A stretch of DNA of 64,000 bases, taken from assembly GCA_002070265.1 (NCBI GenBank), contig MWCX01000088.1, forward strand, positions 34,389 through 98,388, given 5' to 3'. The notes beneath the pieces were generated by a model. That model ran no database searches and was not told where the DNA came from. It saw only the letters and a program-made list of their open reading frames with translations. The stretch is from Bacteroidetes bacterium ADurb.Bin174. Its GTDB lineage: Bacteria > Bacteroidota > Bacteroidia > Bacteroidales > Paludibacteraceae. Below are positions 55,467 through 64,000 of this stretch, in pieces. The position numbers and the translations under genes were made by a program. Position 1 is the first letter of the stretch; the number at the start of each line of letters is the position of its first letter.

Positions 55467-55686
55467 TGTCTCAAAGTAAATATTCAACTGAAAATAGTGG
55501 GCGTTTAACGTTAAATTCAACTTTTAAAGTATTACTCCTTCTTCCTTCATTTTTTTGTCTTGATACAAAAAAACGAAGCAAAAAAAATCAAGACTGTGAC
55601 CCCTGAACACGTACCGCGGAACACGCACCTCGCACCACGGAACTCGAAACTCGAAACTCGTAACTCAGAACTTATGAGACGCCGCC
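55467..55686. mobile_element. Composite MITE-like element enclosing a CTTCATTTTTT repeat and a heptamer array
   Basis: Left end tgtctcaaagtaaatattcaa and right end cttatgagacgccgcc, with two other repeat modules between them. Confidence 0.7.
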
Positions 55687-55879
55687 CACAAAAATACAAT
55701 TTTTCATCGGGATAGTTTGTATCAATATGTTTAGAAATACTTTTTTTATTTAATTAGAGAAATATTTCTTTAATTGTTTTTTGTAGCTCCATAAAAATAT
55801 TGTACTTTTGTCCGGCAAATTTTGAGAATTGGTTTCTTAAAGTTAAAAAAATATACATAACCATTTTATTTATTAGCAA

Positions 55880-57475
55880 ATGACAAATTTGGATTTAAGC
55901 AAGTATGGAATTTCAGGGAACTTTGAAATCGTACACAATCCTACTTACGAACAGTTGTTTCAGGACGAAACAGACCCTAACAATGAAGGTTTTGAAAGAG
56001 GTATTTTGACTAATACAGGTGCAGTAGCAGTTGACACCGGCGTTTTTACCGGACGCTCTCCTAAAGATAAATTTATCGTTTTAGACGATACGACAAGAAA
56101 TACATTGTGGTGGGACGGTACAATCAACAAACCGACCACTCCTGAAGTATTTGATGCATGTAAAAAATTAGTAACCAAACAGTTGTCTGGTGCAAAAAAA
56201 ATATATGTAGTTGATACATTTTGTGGTACCAACGAAGATACCCGTATGAAAGTTCGTTTTATCATGGAGGTAGCATGGCAGGCTCACTTTGTGACCAACA
56301 TGTTCATTCGTCCTTCTCATTATGAGTTGGCTAATTATGGTGAACCTGACTGGGTGACTATCAATGGCTCCAAAATCACTAATCCTAACTGGAAAGAACA
56401 AGGCCTTCACTCTGAAAACTTTACTTTGTTTGATTTAACCCGCAGGATGCAGGTTATTGGCGGAACATGGTATGGCGGCGAGATGAAAAAAGGTATTTTT
56501 GCTTTGATGAATTACTTCCTTCCTTTGAAGGGTGTTGCTTCCATGCACTGTTCAGCTAACGTAGGTGCAGAAGGTGATGTTGCTATATTCTTCGGTTTGT
56601 CGGGTACAGGTAAAACTACTTTATCTGCAGACCCTAAACGTTATTTGATTGGTGACGACGAGCACGGATGGGACAGCCATGGTATTTTCAACTTCGAAGG
56701 TGGATGTTATGCCAAAGTAATTGATTTGGAAAAAGATAAAGAGCCTGATATTTGGAGAGCCATCCGTCGCGATGCGCTGTTGGAAAACGTTACTGTAAAT
56801 CCTGATGGTTCTGCCGATTATAGAAAAGAAGTTTCAAAAACTGAAAACACACGTGTTTCATATCCGATTTATCACATCAGTAAAATCGTATTACCTTCAC
56901 GTGCAGGTCATGCTAAGAAAATTATTTACCTATCGGCCGACGCATTTGGCGTATTGCCTCCGGTATCTATTTTAGATGAACAGTCAGCTCAATATCACTT
57001 CTTGTGTGGTTATACATCGAAATTGGCAGGTACCGAACGCGGAATTACAGAACCGCAAATGTCCTTCTCACCTGCTTTTGGAGAAGCTTTCTTGACTTTA
57101 CACCCCACCAAATATGCATCAGACTTAGCTAAAAAAATGGAGGAACACGATGCAAAAGCTTATTTGGTGAACACAGGTTGGAACGGTACCGGCAAACGCA
57201 TTGCTTTGAAAGATACGCGCGCTATCATTGATGCTATTTTGGACGGTTCAATTGAAAAAGCCGAAACTTTCCACGTTCCAATTCTGAATTTGTATGCTCC
57301 TAAGGCTTTGAAAAATGTATCTGAAGGTATTCTTGACCCGCGTGATACTTATCCGAAAGCTGCCGATTGGGAAGTGAAAGCCAAGAAATTAGCTGCAAAA
57401 TATATTGAAAACTTTGAACAGTATTGTGTGAACGAAGCTGCTATCGCTCTGAAAGCTTCCGGTCCGCAACTGTAA
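55880..57475 (+). CDS. pckA: Phosphoenolpyruvate carboxykinase (ATP)
   Basis: [36 protein letters not shown] and ENTRVSYP motifs. Confidence 0.98.
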   Translation: MTNLDLSKYGISGNFEIVHNPTYEQLFQDETDPNNEGFERGILTNTGAVAVDTGVFTGRSPKDKFIVLDDTTRNTLWWDGTINKPTTPEVFDACKKLVTKQLSGAKKIYVVDTFCGTNEDTRMKVRFIMEVAWQAHFVTNMFIRPSHYELANYGEPDWVTINGSKITNPNWKEQGLHSENFTLFDLTRRMQVIGGTWYGGEMKKGIFALMNYFLPLKGVASMHCSANVGAEGDVAIFFGLSGTGKTTLSADPKRYLIGDDEHGWDSHGIFNFEGGCYAKVIDLEKDKEPDIWRAIRRDALLENVTVNPDGSADYRKEVSKTENTRVSYPIYHISKIVLPSRAGHAKKIIYLSADAFGVLPPVSILDEQSAQYHFLCGYTSKLAGTERGITEPQMSFSPAFGEAFLTLHPTKYASDLAKKMEEHDAKAYLVNTGWNGTGKRIALKDTRAIIDAILDGSIEKAETFHVPILNLYAPKALKNVSEGILDPRDTYPKAADWEVKAKKLAAKYIENFEQYCVNEAAIALKASGPQL

Positions 57476-57547
57476 TTAATATTGAAATAATATCCTTTTA
57501 TAAGGTTAAAGGTATCTTTTAAAAAAGATTGTGTTAGTTAAGTGAAC

Positions 57548-57580
57548 AAGTCGTCCGGAATTTTCGGGCGACTTACTTTT
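57548..57580. terminator. Intrinsic terminator between pckA and the convergent Wzi-like gene
   Basis: aagtcgtccg-gaatttt-cgggcgactt followed by actttt. Confidence 0.75.
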
Positions 57581-57585
57581 TAAAA

Positions 57586-59238
57586 TTATAAATGATAGAT
57601 CAAACTTGTCTGCAACTGAAATCCGTATCTGGTTGAAGTCCTTATCCAACTAATAGAATCATACAAGGGGTTATGTTCAACGATAAACGCAGCACCGCCA
57701 TAAACTTGTAAATTCGGTCGAATAAAATAAGTCGAATTCAACCCGACAGAAACAACTGCCTTAAAGTTTTTGATGTGTTGTTTTTTCATTTCATCCGTAA
57801 GTTCTGTGTTAACAGAATATTGATATATATAATCATTGTCCGGATTTGTACGGTGTCCAAAAATATTTACATAACCTTTTTGGTGATATACTTTAAAACC
57901 TATGTACTGACTGTTTCCTCCGGTTCCGTTACCTGCTCCCAACCACTGACCACGATTGGTGTAGCCTTGTTTCATCTCATGGTGGGCATAAAAAGTAGCG
58001 GGCCACTGGAACTGAAAATCTTGCGACATTTCCAAATTACTTACTTCCAGCATCAACTCACCCCTCATGTGCTGGGAAAACAAATGCATGGGCACCGACT
58101 TCCTCATGCCTGATGTGTAAACCATACTGTGAAAGGGATAGCGGATATAACCATATATACTCGGACTATAATCATTCAAACCGATTTCGGTATAGACCTC
58201 AAAACCGGATACAGGCAGTAAATAATTCAAACCGATGGATGCACGCTGATCCCATACATCACGACTACCATGCAAATTCCAAGGAATATAAAATAAATCA
58301 AGAACAGCATACAAAGATTCGGTTTTCCAATGAGACAAATAGTTACGATTCGCTGTCAACACCAACCCTTTCAAAAAAGAAGGTGCATACCCTATTGATA
58401 AAGCCGAGTAAAGCATTTTATTATTGCTTTCGTCATTGTCAAAATAATCGGATTCGCGCAACTGACCCACCCAAAGACGGGCTTCTATTTCTCCTATATT
58501 GACTTTCCCAAAACGAAGACTGGTCTTGCGTATGCCAATATCAACCTTGGGATAAGAAGGTGCATGGTTGCTATGCAGAATAGGATTGATCCGAGATGGC
58601 CCCACCCAAGCATATTGAGAGCCAAATCCCACAGTAAAAGCTTTATACGAATAGCGAATCTCCGAATCGCCCCACCCGTAACTTGCAAAAGCTTTGTTAC
58701 CAAAACGCTGAGGCGCATCAAGGTATGGCTTTCCATAATAACCGTAAACCGCAGCTTTCTTGTCATATAGGCTGCCCGAATAAACCGGATCCGGAGGCAT
58801 AAAATCAAAATTTTGATTCATCGAATAAGTGACTTCCGGTTTCAAGGTCAACTCAAATCCATATTTTTCAAAACGTAATCCTGCTGACAAATAAGCATTC
58901 AAACCCTTTCCCTGCCAAAGCAATCCGTCATTTTGTCCATAAGGAGCAGTACTGTTGTACGACAGCAAACATTCCGGACCATACATTTTCAAAGCTTTAG
59001 ACTTAGAAGCTTTTTGAAAATCAATCTGTTGCTTCCATATATTGCCTTCTTGCTGATTGACAGTCCATTTTGAATCGGATAAAGTGTGGTAATTCAAATA
59101 TGCCCGCTCCGTAAAACCGTCCAAAGCCAAAAAATCATAATAGGACTCCATGTCCGACATGATTTTTTCCTGTGCCAACAAAGGTATCCCGATGATCAGC
59201 ATCAGAAAACAAACATATTGCTTTTTAAAATTCCACAT
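57586..59238 (-). CDS. Capsule assembly Wzi-family-like outer-membrane protein
   Basis: Signal peptide, NDG.LWQG.G.N, D.PQRFG, GQL.ES.YFD and RGQWLGA motifs; barrel-like C-terminus. Confidence 0.72.
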   Translation of the reverse strand: MWNFKKQYVCFLMLIIGIPLLAQEKIMSDMESYYDFLALDGFTERAYLNYHTLSDSKWTVNQQEGNIWKQQIDFQKASKSKALKMYGPECLLSYNSTAPYGQNDGLLWQGKGLNAYLSAGLRFEKYGFELTLKPEVTYSMNQNFDFMPPDPVYSGSLYDKKAAVYGYYGKPYLDAPQRFGNKAFASYGWGDSEIRYSYKAFTVGFGSQYAWVGPSRINPILHSNHAPSYPKVDIGIRKTSLRFGKVNIGEIEARLWVGQLRESDYFDNDESNNKMLYSALSIGYAPSFLKGLVLTANRNYLSHWKTESLYAVLDLFYIPWNLHGSRDVWDQRASIGLNYLLPVSGFEVYTEIGLNDYSPSIYGYIRYPFHSMVYTSGMRKSVPMHLFSQHMRGELMLEVSNLEMSQDFQFQWPATFYAHHEMKQGYTNRGQWLGAGNGTGGNSQYIGFKVYHQKGYVNIFGHRTNPDNDYIYQYSVNTELTDEMKKQHIKNFKAVVSVGLNSTYFIRPNLQVYGGAAFIVEHNPLYDSISWIRTSTRYGFQLQTSLIYHL

Positions 59239-59274
59239 GAATAATTTATTTTAGACGATTTACTATTTTTATTT

Positions 59275-59311
59275 AACACGCGACCTCGAAACTCGCTACC
59301 ACGCAACCCGT
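59275..59311. repeat. Heptamer array abutting the GT2 stop
   Basis: aacacgcgacctcgaaactcgctaccacgcaacccgt. Confidence 0.65.
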
Positions 59312-59312
59312 A

Positions 59313-60131
59313 TCATTCACTAACAGTCAGCCCTTGCTCGCAAAAGTACTCATTCCTTTCCATTTTAGCCTCCATTTTCTTTTTATTCTCAGTGTTATCA
59401 TGCCATGCTTGCACATGGTACAAATGATATTGGATTGCTGCACTTCTTATAGATTTTAATTTGAAGCCGGCAGACAAAAATCTCCACAACAAATCGGTAT
59501 CTTCTCCTACGGCAGGCAATGCAAAATTTTCATCAAAACCATTGATGGCATAAATTGCTTTTTTTGAAAAGGACATGTTACAACCCAACAGATAATTAGT
59601 CGGACGCATCCCGTGTACAAACCGAAGTAATCCTCGTGGAGAAATAAAAATTCCTTCTTCGGGATACGAAATTGCACCTTTCCCAAACAAAAGTTTTTTC
59701 CATAAAATAGCCTGCATTTTCAAAATGGATTGCGGCGTATTATTTAATAAATAAGTAGATGTAGGTTCGTCCAATTTTACACGCCTTCCGGATAAGATGG
59801 TGTTTTCTTCGGCATAACGTAAGTGCATCTCAATAAAACGCGGATGCAACACGCAATCTCCATCGATAAAAATCAACCATTCAGAGCGGGTATGACGTAC
59901 GGCATTGTTGAGTGCCTTATTTTTTCTCCATCCTAAATCTTCCTGTGTCAGATGTAGGTAATCATGTTCAAAAGCATAAGCTGCAACAAAACTTTTCACA
60001 GTCTCATGACAACCATCCTCTGATATAATAATCTCAAAATTCCGTTCCGTCTGAAGCTTTAATGAATCCAATACCGCCTTTAAAAAAACGGTATTCTTAT
60101 ATATTGATATGATGACTGAAGCTTTATACAA
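59313..60131 (-). CDS. Glycosyltransferase family 2
   Basis: FEIIISEDG, FIDGDC (DxD), GCNMS and GEDTD motifs. Confidence 0.9.
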   Translation of the reverse strand: MYKASVIISIYKNTVFLKAVLDSLKLQTERNFEIIISEDGCHETVKSFVAAYAFEHDYLHLTQEDLGWRKNKALNNAVRHTRSEWLIFIDGDCVLHPRFIEMHLRYAEENTILSGRRVKLDEPTSTYLLNNTPQSILKMQAILWKKLLFGKGAISYPEEGIFISPRGLLRFVHGMRPTNYLLGCNMSFSKKAIYAINGFDENFALPAVGEDTDLLWRFLSAGFKLKSIRSAAIQYHLYHVQAWHDNTENKKKMEAKMERNEYFCEQGLTVSE

Positions 60132-60162
60132 AGTGTTGATTAGTTAGTCGATTAAGTGCAGG

Positions 60163-60216
60163 GTCACGCAAGGTGCGAGAATACGAAGTCTGGGTGCCGG
60201 AGTTGCGAACTGCAAG
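60163..60216. repeat. Heptamer array in the opposite (G-rich) orientation
   Basis: gggtcacgcaaggtgcgagaatacgaagtctgggtgccggagttgcgaactgcaag. Confidence 0.45.
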
Positions 60217-60247
60217 GCAATAAAGTCATGCGTTAATTGTAATCGGT

Positions 60248-62119
60248 TTATTTTTTTATAAATTTGATAACTTCATCTCCTTTTGGAGTATAGCATTGAA
60301 GGAAATAAAGTCCGGGTGACAACATGGAAACATCTATGCTGCTGTTATTACTGATTTGTTGCTCTATTCTTACATTTGCCTGCATGTCTATAATTTTGAT
60401 ATTCAAACAGTCATACGGACAGGCAATGTGAATTTTATTTTCAACAAGATGAGGATAGATTTGAATATCCTTTTGCATAGGTGTATGCACATTACTTGAG
60501 ACAGCAGCTACCAACAACCAGTCGGTGCTGGCGGCCTTTGCAGATTGTCTTTGTACTAAACCGACTTTTTCTCTCATTTGTTTGGATTCTTCAATACCCA
60601 CATATTTCAAACTACTCAACACTATGAGTTTGTAACTGCCATCCTGTTGTGGCAGGGCTAAGAAGCGTTGATTCGATTTCCCCTCATCATTAGCTTGCTC
60701 GAAACCGGCACCATCGTGCATGTAATCGGCAAACTGGCTATTCACTACTTGCAGTACCTTTTTACTGCCCTTATTTACAATTTTAAACAACCGGTTTTCA
60801 TCGGACTCGAATGTCCACAGACTAAAATTCGTAGAATCCGCCGTCATTTGGTATAATGTGGGTGCCGGACCGTTACGGGAGGGTTTAATCACGAAACCGC
60901 TTTGCTTATTTTGTATCATAAAATCTTTACCAACTAAATCCTCCGGATTGTTAGCAAGAACACGCAAAGAATTCACAGCAAAAATACCGGACAATTTGGA
61001 TATATCCGGTGTATTAGTTGTAATAATCAAGGAATCTCCTTCAAAATTATCTTGCTGATAGACAACAATTTGAAAACCTTCTTCTAATTTTACGGCTGCA
61101 AATTTTGTCAAATCCAAACCTTTACTCTGAATCTGAGCTTTAGTATAGCTCCCGGGAACGAAGTTGACTTGAGGTACTTTATAGTCTGTCACCGGATACA
61201 ACATAGCCACTATTCTGCTGCGATCTATTACTTCACCACCTCCGAAGACCTCATTGATGGGAGCAGAAAATCTCTTCAAATCTCTGTCGTAATTGTAATT
61301 CCAGTAAAAACCACCCACTATGCCGGCATTATTTTTCCAATTGGTCATGGTGTTCTTGATTTCCTCGTGAGACAAATTTGGGTTAGCTTCTATATCACGA
61401 CTACCATATATCGGCAAATTTTCAATTTTCCAATTAGCAGGATTATTACCGCTACCACCACCATAGCATTGCAAATAATTACGATCAACCGCACCTGGAC
61501 GAGCTATCTCTACCTGTCGTACAAAACTCTCCCAATAAGATTTATTCGTATAAGGGGCAATCGTGGTCTTAAATCCAAGATCATACAACATAATATGAAA
61601 TCTGGCCTGACTATTGGCTTCGTAATCATGCTCAATGTCGTTATTCACAGCAATCACCGCAGGAATGGCATCTTTCAGAGCTTTGAAATTCCTGTATAAA
61701 ATACTGGACGTGCCGGTACCTTGGGCATTCACCAAATTGGTAATATTCTGATAAGCGTGGTTACCCCAACCGCCAATGCAATATTCCAAACGTTGAATCG
61801 AAGTATTGCCTGAAAGTAAGGAATTCACATCATCCACATAATTAACTTGCGCTTTATCACTGTTATAACCAGCTATTATTTGGTCAAAAACATATTGACC
61901 ATCTTTACAAATAACCTCCCCATCAGTTGTTAAAGTCCCATCTGCTTCCACATGCACGTTAAAAATAATGCCGAAAGTAAAGCCAGAAGCTTTTAAAGCC
62001 GTAACAGTTCTGGTGCGATCTCGACGAAAGTGCCCGCAAATATAAATACCCGAATCAGCAAGTAAAGAGATGGTGAGCAAAGATAGAATAACAGTAACGC
62101 AGTATTTTTTAATTTGCAT
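60248..62119 (-). CDS. Secreted GH18-like glycoside hydrolase with crystallin-like, ricin-type beta-trefoil and T9SS CTD domains
   Basis: TIM-barrel region with IGGWG and AVNNDIE (DxDxE position), LQCYGGG and GG.YW; later S.KVL.V...Q...NQRF ricin-like repeats; CTD ending VIKFIKK; start taken at MQIKK. Confidence 0.65.
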   Translation of the reverse strand: MQIKKYCVTVILSLLTISLLADSGIYICGHFRRDRTRTVTALKASGFTFGIIFNVHVEADGTLTTDGEVICKDGQYVFDQIIAGYNSDKAQVNYVDDVNSLLSGNTSIQRLEYCIGGWGNHAYQNITNLVNAQGTGTSSILYRNFKALKDAIPAVIAVNNDIEHDYEANSQARFHIMLYDLGFKTTIAPYTNKSYWESFVRQVEIARPGAVDRNYLQCYGGGSGNNPANWKIENLPIYGSRDIEANPNLSHEEIKNTMTNWKNNAGIVGGFYWNYNYDRDLKRFSAPINEVFGGGEVIDRSRIVAMLYPVTDYKVPQVNFVPGSYTKAQIQSKGLDLTKFAAVKLEEGFQIVVYQQDNFEGDSLIITTNTPDISKLSGIFAVNSLRVLANNPEDLVGKDFMIQNKQSGFVIKPSRNGPAPTLYQMTADSTNFSLWTFESDENRLFKIVNKGSKKVLQVVNSQFADYMHDGAGFEQANDEGKSNQRFLALPQQDGSYKLIVLSSLKYVGIEESKQMREKVGLVQRQSAKAASTDWLLVAAVSSNVHTPMQKDIQIYPHLVENKIHIACPYDCLNIKIIDMQANVRIEQQISNNSSIDVSMLSPGLYFLQCYTPKGDEVIKFIKK

Positions 62120-62434
62120 GGTAATCAGTATCTTGAGTACATAAAATGTATGATATACACTTGTTTTAACACGACAAAGATACAATATAATTATTAATGG
62201 TCAATCATGTGAATACGCAATTTCATCTTCCCGCAGGACCAACTTTTGAATTGCAAAATTACCTTTAAAAATCCTCATCGTATGCAGATGCATTTGGGTT
62301 GTAAATCCATTAATAAAAGCTAAAAAAACAATACAATAAGCATGAATGTATTGACAGATCTTAGATTTACGGTTTTTTTCAAGGAGAATTCATTGGAAAT
62401 GCTTAATTTTGCAGACAATTTTAATTTCCCCCTG

Positions 62435-63877
62435 ATGAATAAGATGTTTAGATTTTTTTTAATGACAGGGCTTCTGATAGGAAGCTTTTCTGTTTTTGCA
62501 AACAATCCCATTGATAAATTTATCAATGACCCATTGATGCAAAATGCCAATATCAGCATATTAATCAAAGACTTAAAGACAGGCAAGGAACTGTATCAGC
62601 AAAGACCCAATCACGCTACCATTCCGGCATCTACTATGAAAGTCCTGACTACGGCGACTGCCCTGGAGTTGATGGGAGCCGACTATCAGTACAAAACCGT
62701 ACTTGCACATGATGGTAGCATAGACCAATCAGGTGTGTTGAACGGCAATTTATACATCATCGGGAATGGTGATCCTACATTAGGCTCTTCAAGAATGGGA
62801 GACAGGCAATTTTTATCAAAATGGGCTGGCGCGATAAAAGAGGCAGGCATCACTAAAATCAATGGAAGTATCATCGCCGATGAAAGTCGGTTTGACAACG
62901 AAGGTTCCAATCCTAAATGGACTTGGGATGATATCGGAAATTATTATGCACCGGGTATTTACGCCATTGCTTACCGTGATAATACTTTAAACGTTACTTT
63001 TAAATCGGGGGCAGTCGGCACCACACCTGAAATCATCAATATCAATCCGAAAATTAAAGATTTGACGATTGAAAATAATTTGATGAGCAGCAGGATTACT
63101 TTCGACAGTGCTTATTTTTACGGTACCTCAAAAAGTAAAAATCGCTCGGTACGTGGTGAGATTCCGGCCAATAGCCCGGGATTCGTCGTAAAAGCAGAAT
63201 TGCCGGAACCTGGCCTGGTGCTCGCCCAAGATCTCCAATTGGAGTTGGAACAACAGGGGCTTGAAGTCACGGAACCACCTTTTACTATTCCTATTGCAAA
63301 TTATACTTTCCCTGCCAAAAATACTACACGGAAAACCATTTATACCCATTATTCAGACCCCTTAAGTAAAATCATTCAGGAAATAAACCAGCAAAGTAAT
63401 AATTTCTATGCTGAGCAGGTGTTCAAGTCTTTGAGTTTGTTTCGTTATGGCTTGGGCACAAATCGTCATTCCATAAGCATCATCCGCAATTTTTGGAAAT
63501 CAAAAGGATTGGATGTCAATCAATTATTTCAATCGGACGGATCGGGCTTAAGTCCGACCAATGCCGTTTCAGCCGCTTTCTTTACGTCGGTTATGGAGTA
63601 CATGTACCAAAAAAGCAAAAACAAAGAGGTGTTTTTCAAGAGCTTATCTATTGCCGGAAAAACAGGTACTTTAGCCGGTGTACTTAAAAATACTCCATTG
63701 TCCGGAAAAGTCTATGCGAAAAGCGGAACCATCGCACGTGTCAGGGCATATACCGGGTATATCATAGATGACAATCGGGAATGGGCATTTACCATCATGG
63801 TGAATAATTACAATGGAAATTCCTGGCAGGCACTGCGTAAGATTGAAAATTTATTGGTTGAACTCTGCAATCAATGA
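62435..63877 (+). CDS. dacB: D-alanyl-D-alanine carboxypeptidase/endopeptidase (PBP4, peptidase S13)
   Basis: PASTMK (SxxK), SNN (SxN), DGSGLS and KSGT (KTG) motifs; start uncertain (62342-62444). Confidence 0.93.
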   Translation: MNKMFRFFLMTGLLIGSFSVFANNPIDKFINDPLMQNANISILIKDLKTGKELYQQRPNHATIPASTMKVLTTATALELMGADYQYKTVLAHDGSIDQSGVLNGNLYIIGNGDPTLGSSRMGDRQFLSKWAGAIKEAGITKINGSIIADESRFDNEGSNPKWTWDDIGNYYAPGIYAIAYRDNTLNVTFKSGAVGTTPEIININPKIKDLTIENNLMSSRITFDSAYFYGTSKSKNRSVRGEIPANSPGFVVKAELPEPGLVLAQDLQLELEQQGLEVTEPPFTIPIANYTFPAKNTTRKTIYTHYSDPLSKIIQEINQQSNNFYAEQVFKSLSLFRYGLGTNRHSISIIRNFWKSKGLDVNQLFQSDGSGLSPTNAVSAAFFTSVMEYMYQKSKNKEVFFKSLSIAGKTGTLAGVLKNTPLSGKVYAKSGTIARVRAYTGYIIDDNREWAFTIMVNNYNGNSWQALRKIENLLVELCNQ

Positions 63878-63955
63878 ACAATAAAATCATAAAATTCTAT
63901 TTTTCTGTGCCCGAAAAGAAAAAAAAGTATATCTTTGCAGTCCAAATTCTTTGAA

Positions 63956-64000
63956 GGCAGCGTCTCATAAGTTTCGAGTTTCGAGTTTCGAGTTTCGAGT
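63956..64000. repeat. MITE-like end followed by a perfect TTTCGAG heptamer array (runs off the window)
   Basis: ggcagcgtctcataag followed by tttcgag x4. Confidence 0.8.

Overview
A 64-kb stretch of a Bacteroidota (Bacteroidales-like) chromosome, judged from TAnnTTTG promoters, T9SS C-terminal domains and the atpD-C-?-B-E-F-H-A-G operon order. Most of it is housekeeping: cdaA, folP, an aminotransferase, class I fumarase, gpmI, metH, mutS, mgtE, serC/serA, the F1Fo ATP synthase, pssA, dtd, asd, FKBP PPIases, asnC, trpS, mgsA, tRNA-Gln(CTG), an AddA-like helicase, tadA, parE, an envC-like gene, dut, pckA and dacB. The most interesting locus is 39.0-45.3 kb. There, an AT-rich two-gene unit encodes a Prim-Pol fused to a DEDDh 3'-5' exonuclease plus an Abi/UG-type reverse transcriptase with an FKDD motif. 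It is bounded like an integron cassette: GTTAGCGGG at the 5' end, CCCGCTAAC and a long imperfect palindrome at the 3' end. Upstream lie an attI/promoter-like element, duplicated after tRNA-Gln, and a possible integrase N-terminal remnant. Downstream lie decayed defence-type genes. I infer a candidate new defence-associated RT system. Other notable items: two NHL-repeat T9SS paralogues in inverted orientation around mutS (possibly invertible), a 16-codon leader peptide with an RBS-sequestering hairpin upstream of mgtE, and several modular intergenic repeat families. All protein family calls come from motif recognition by eye; no database searches were run.
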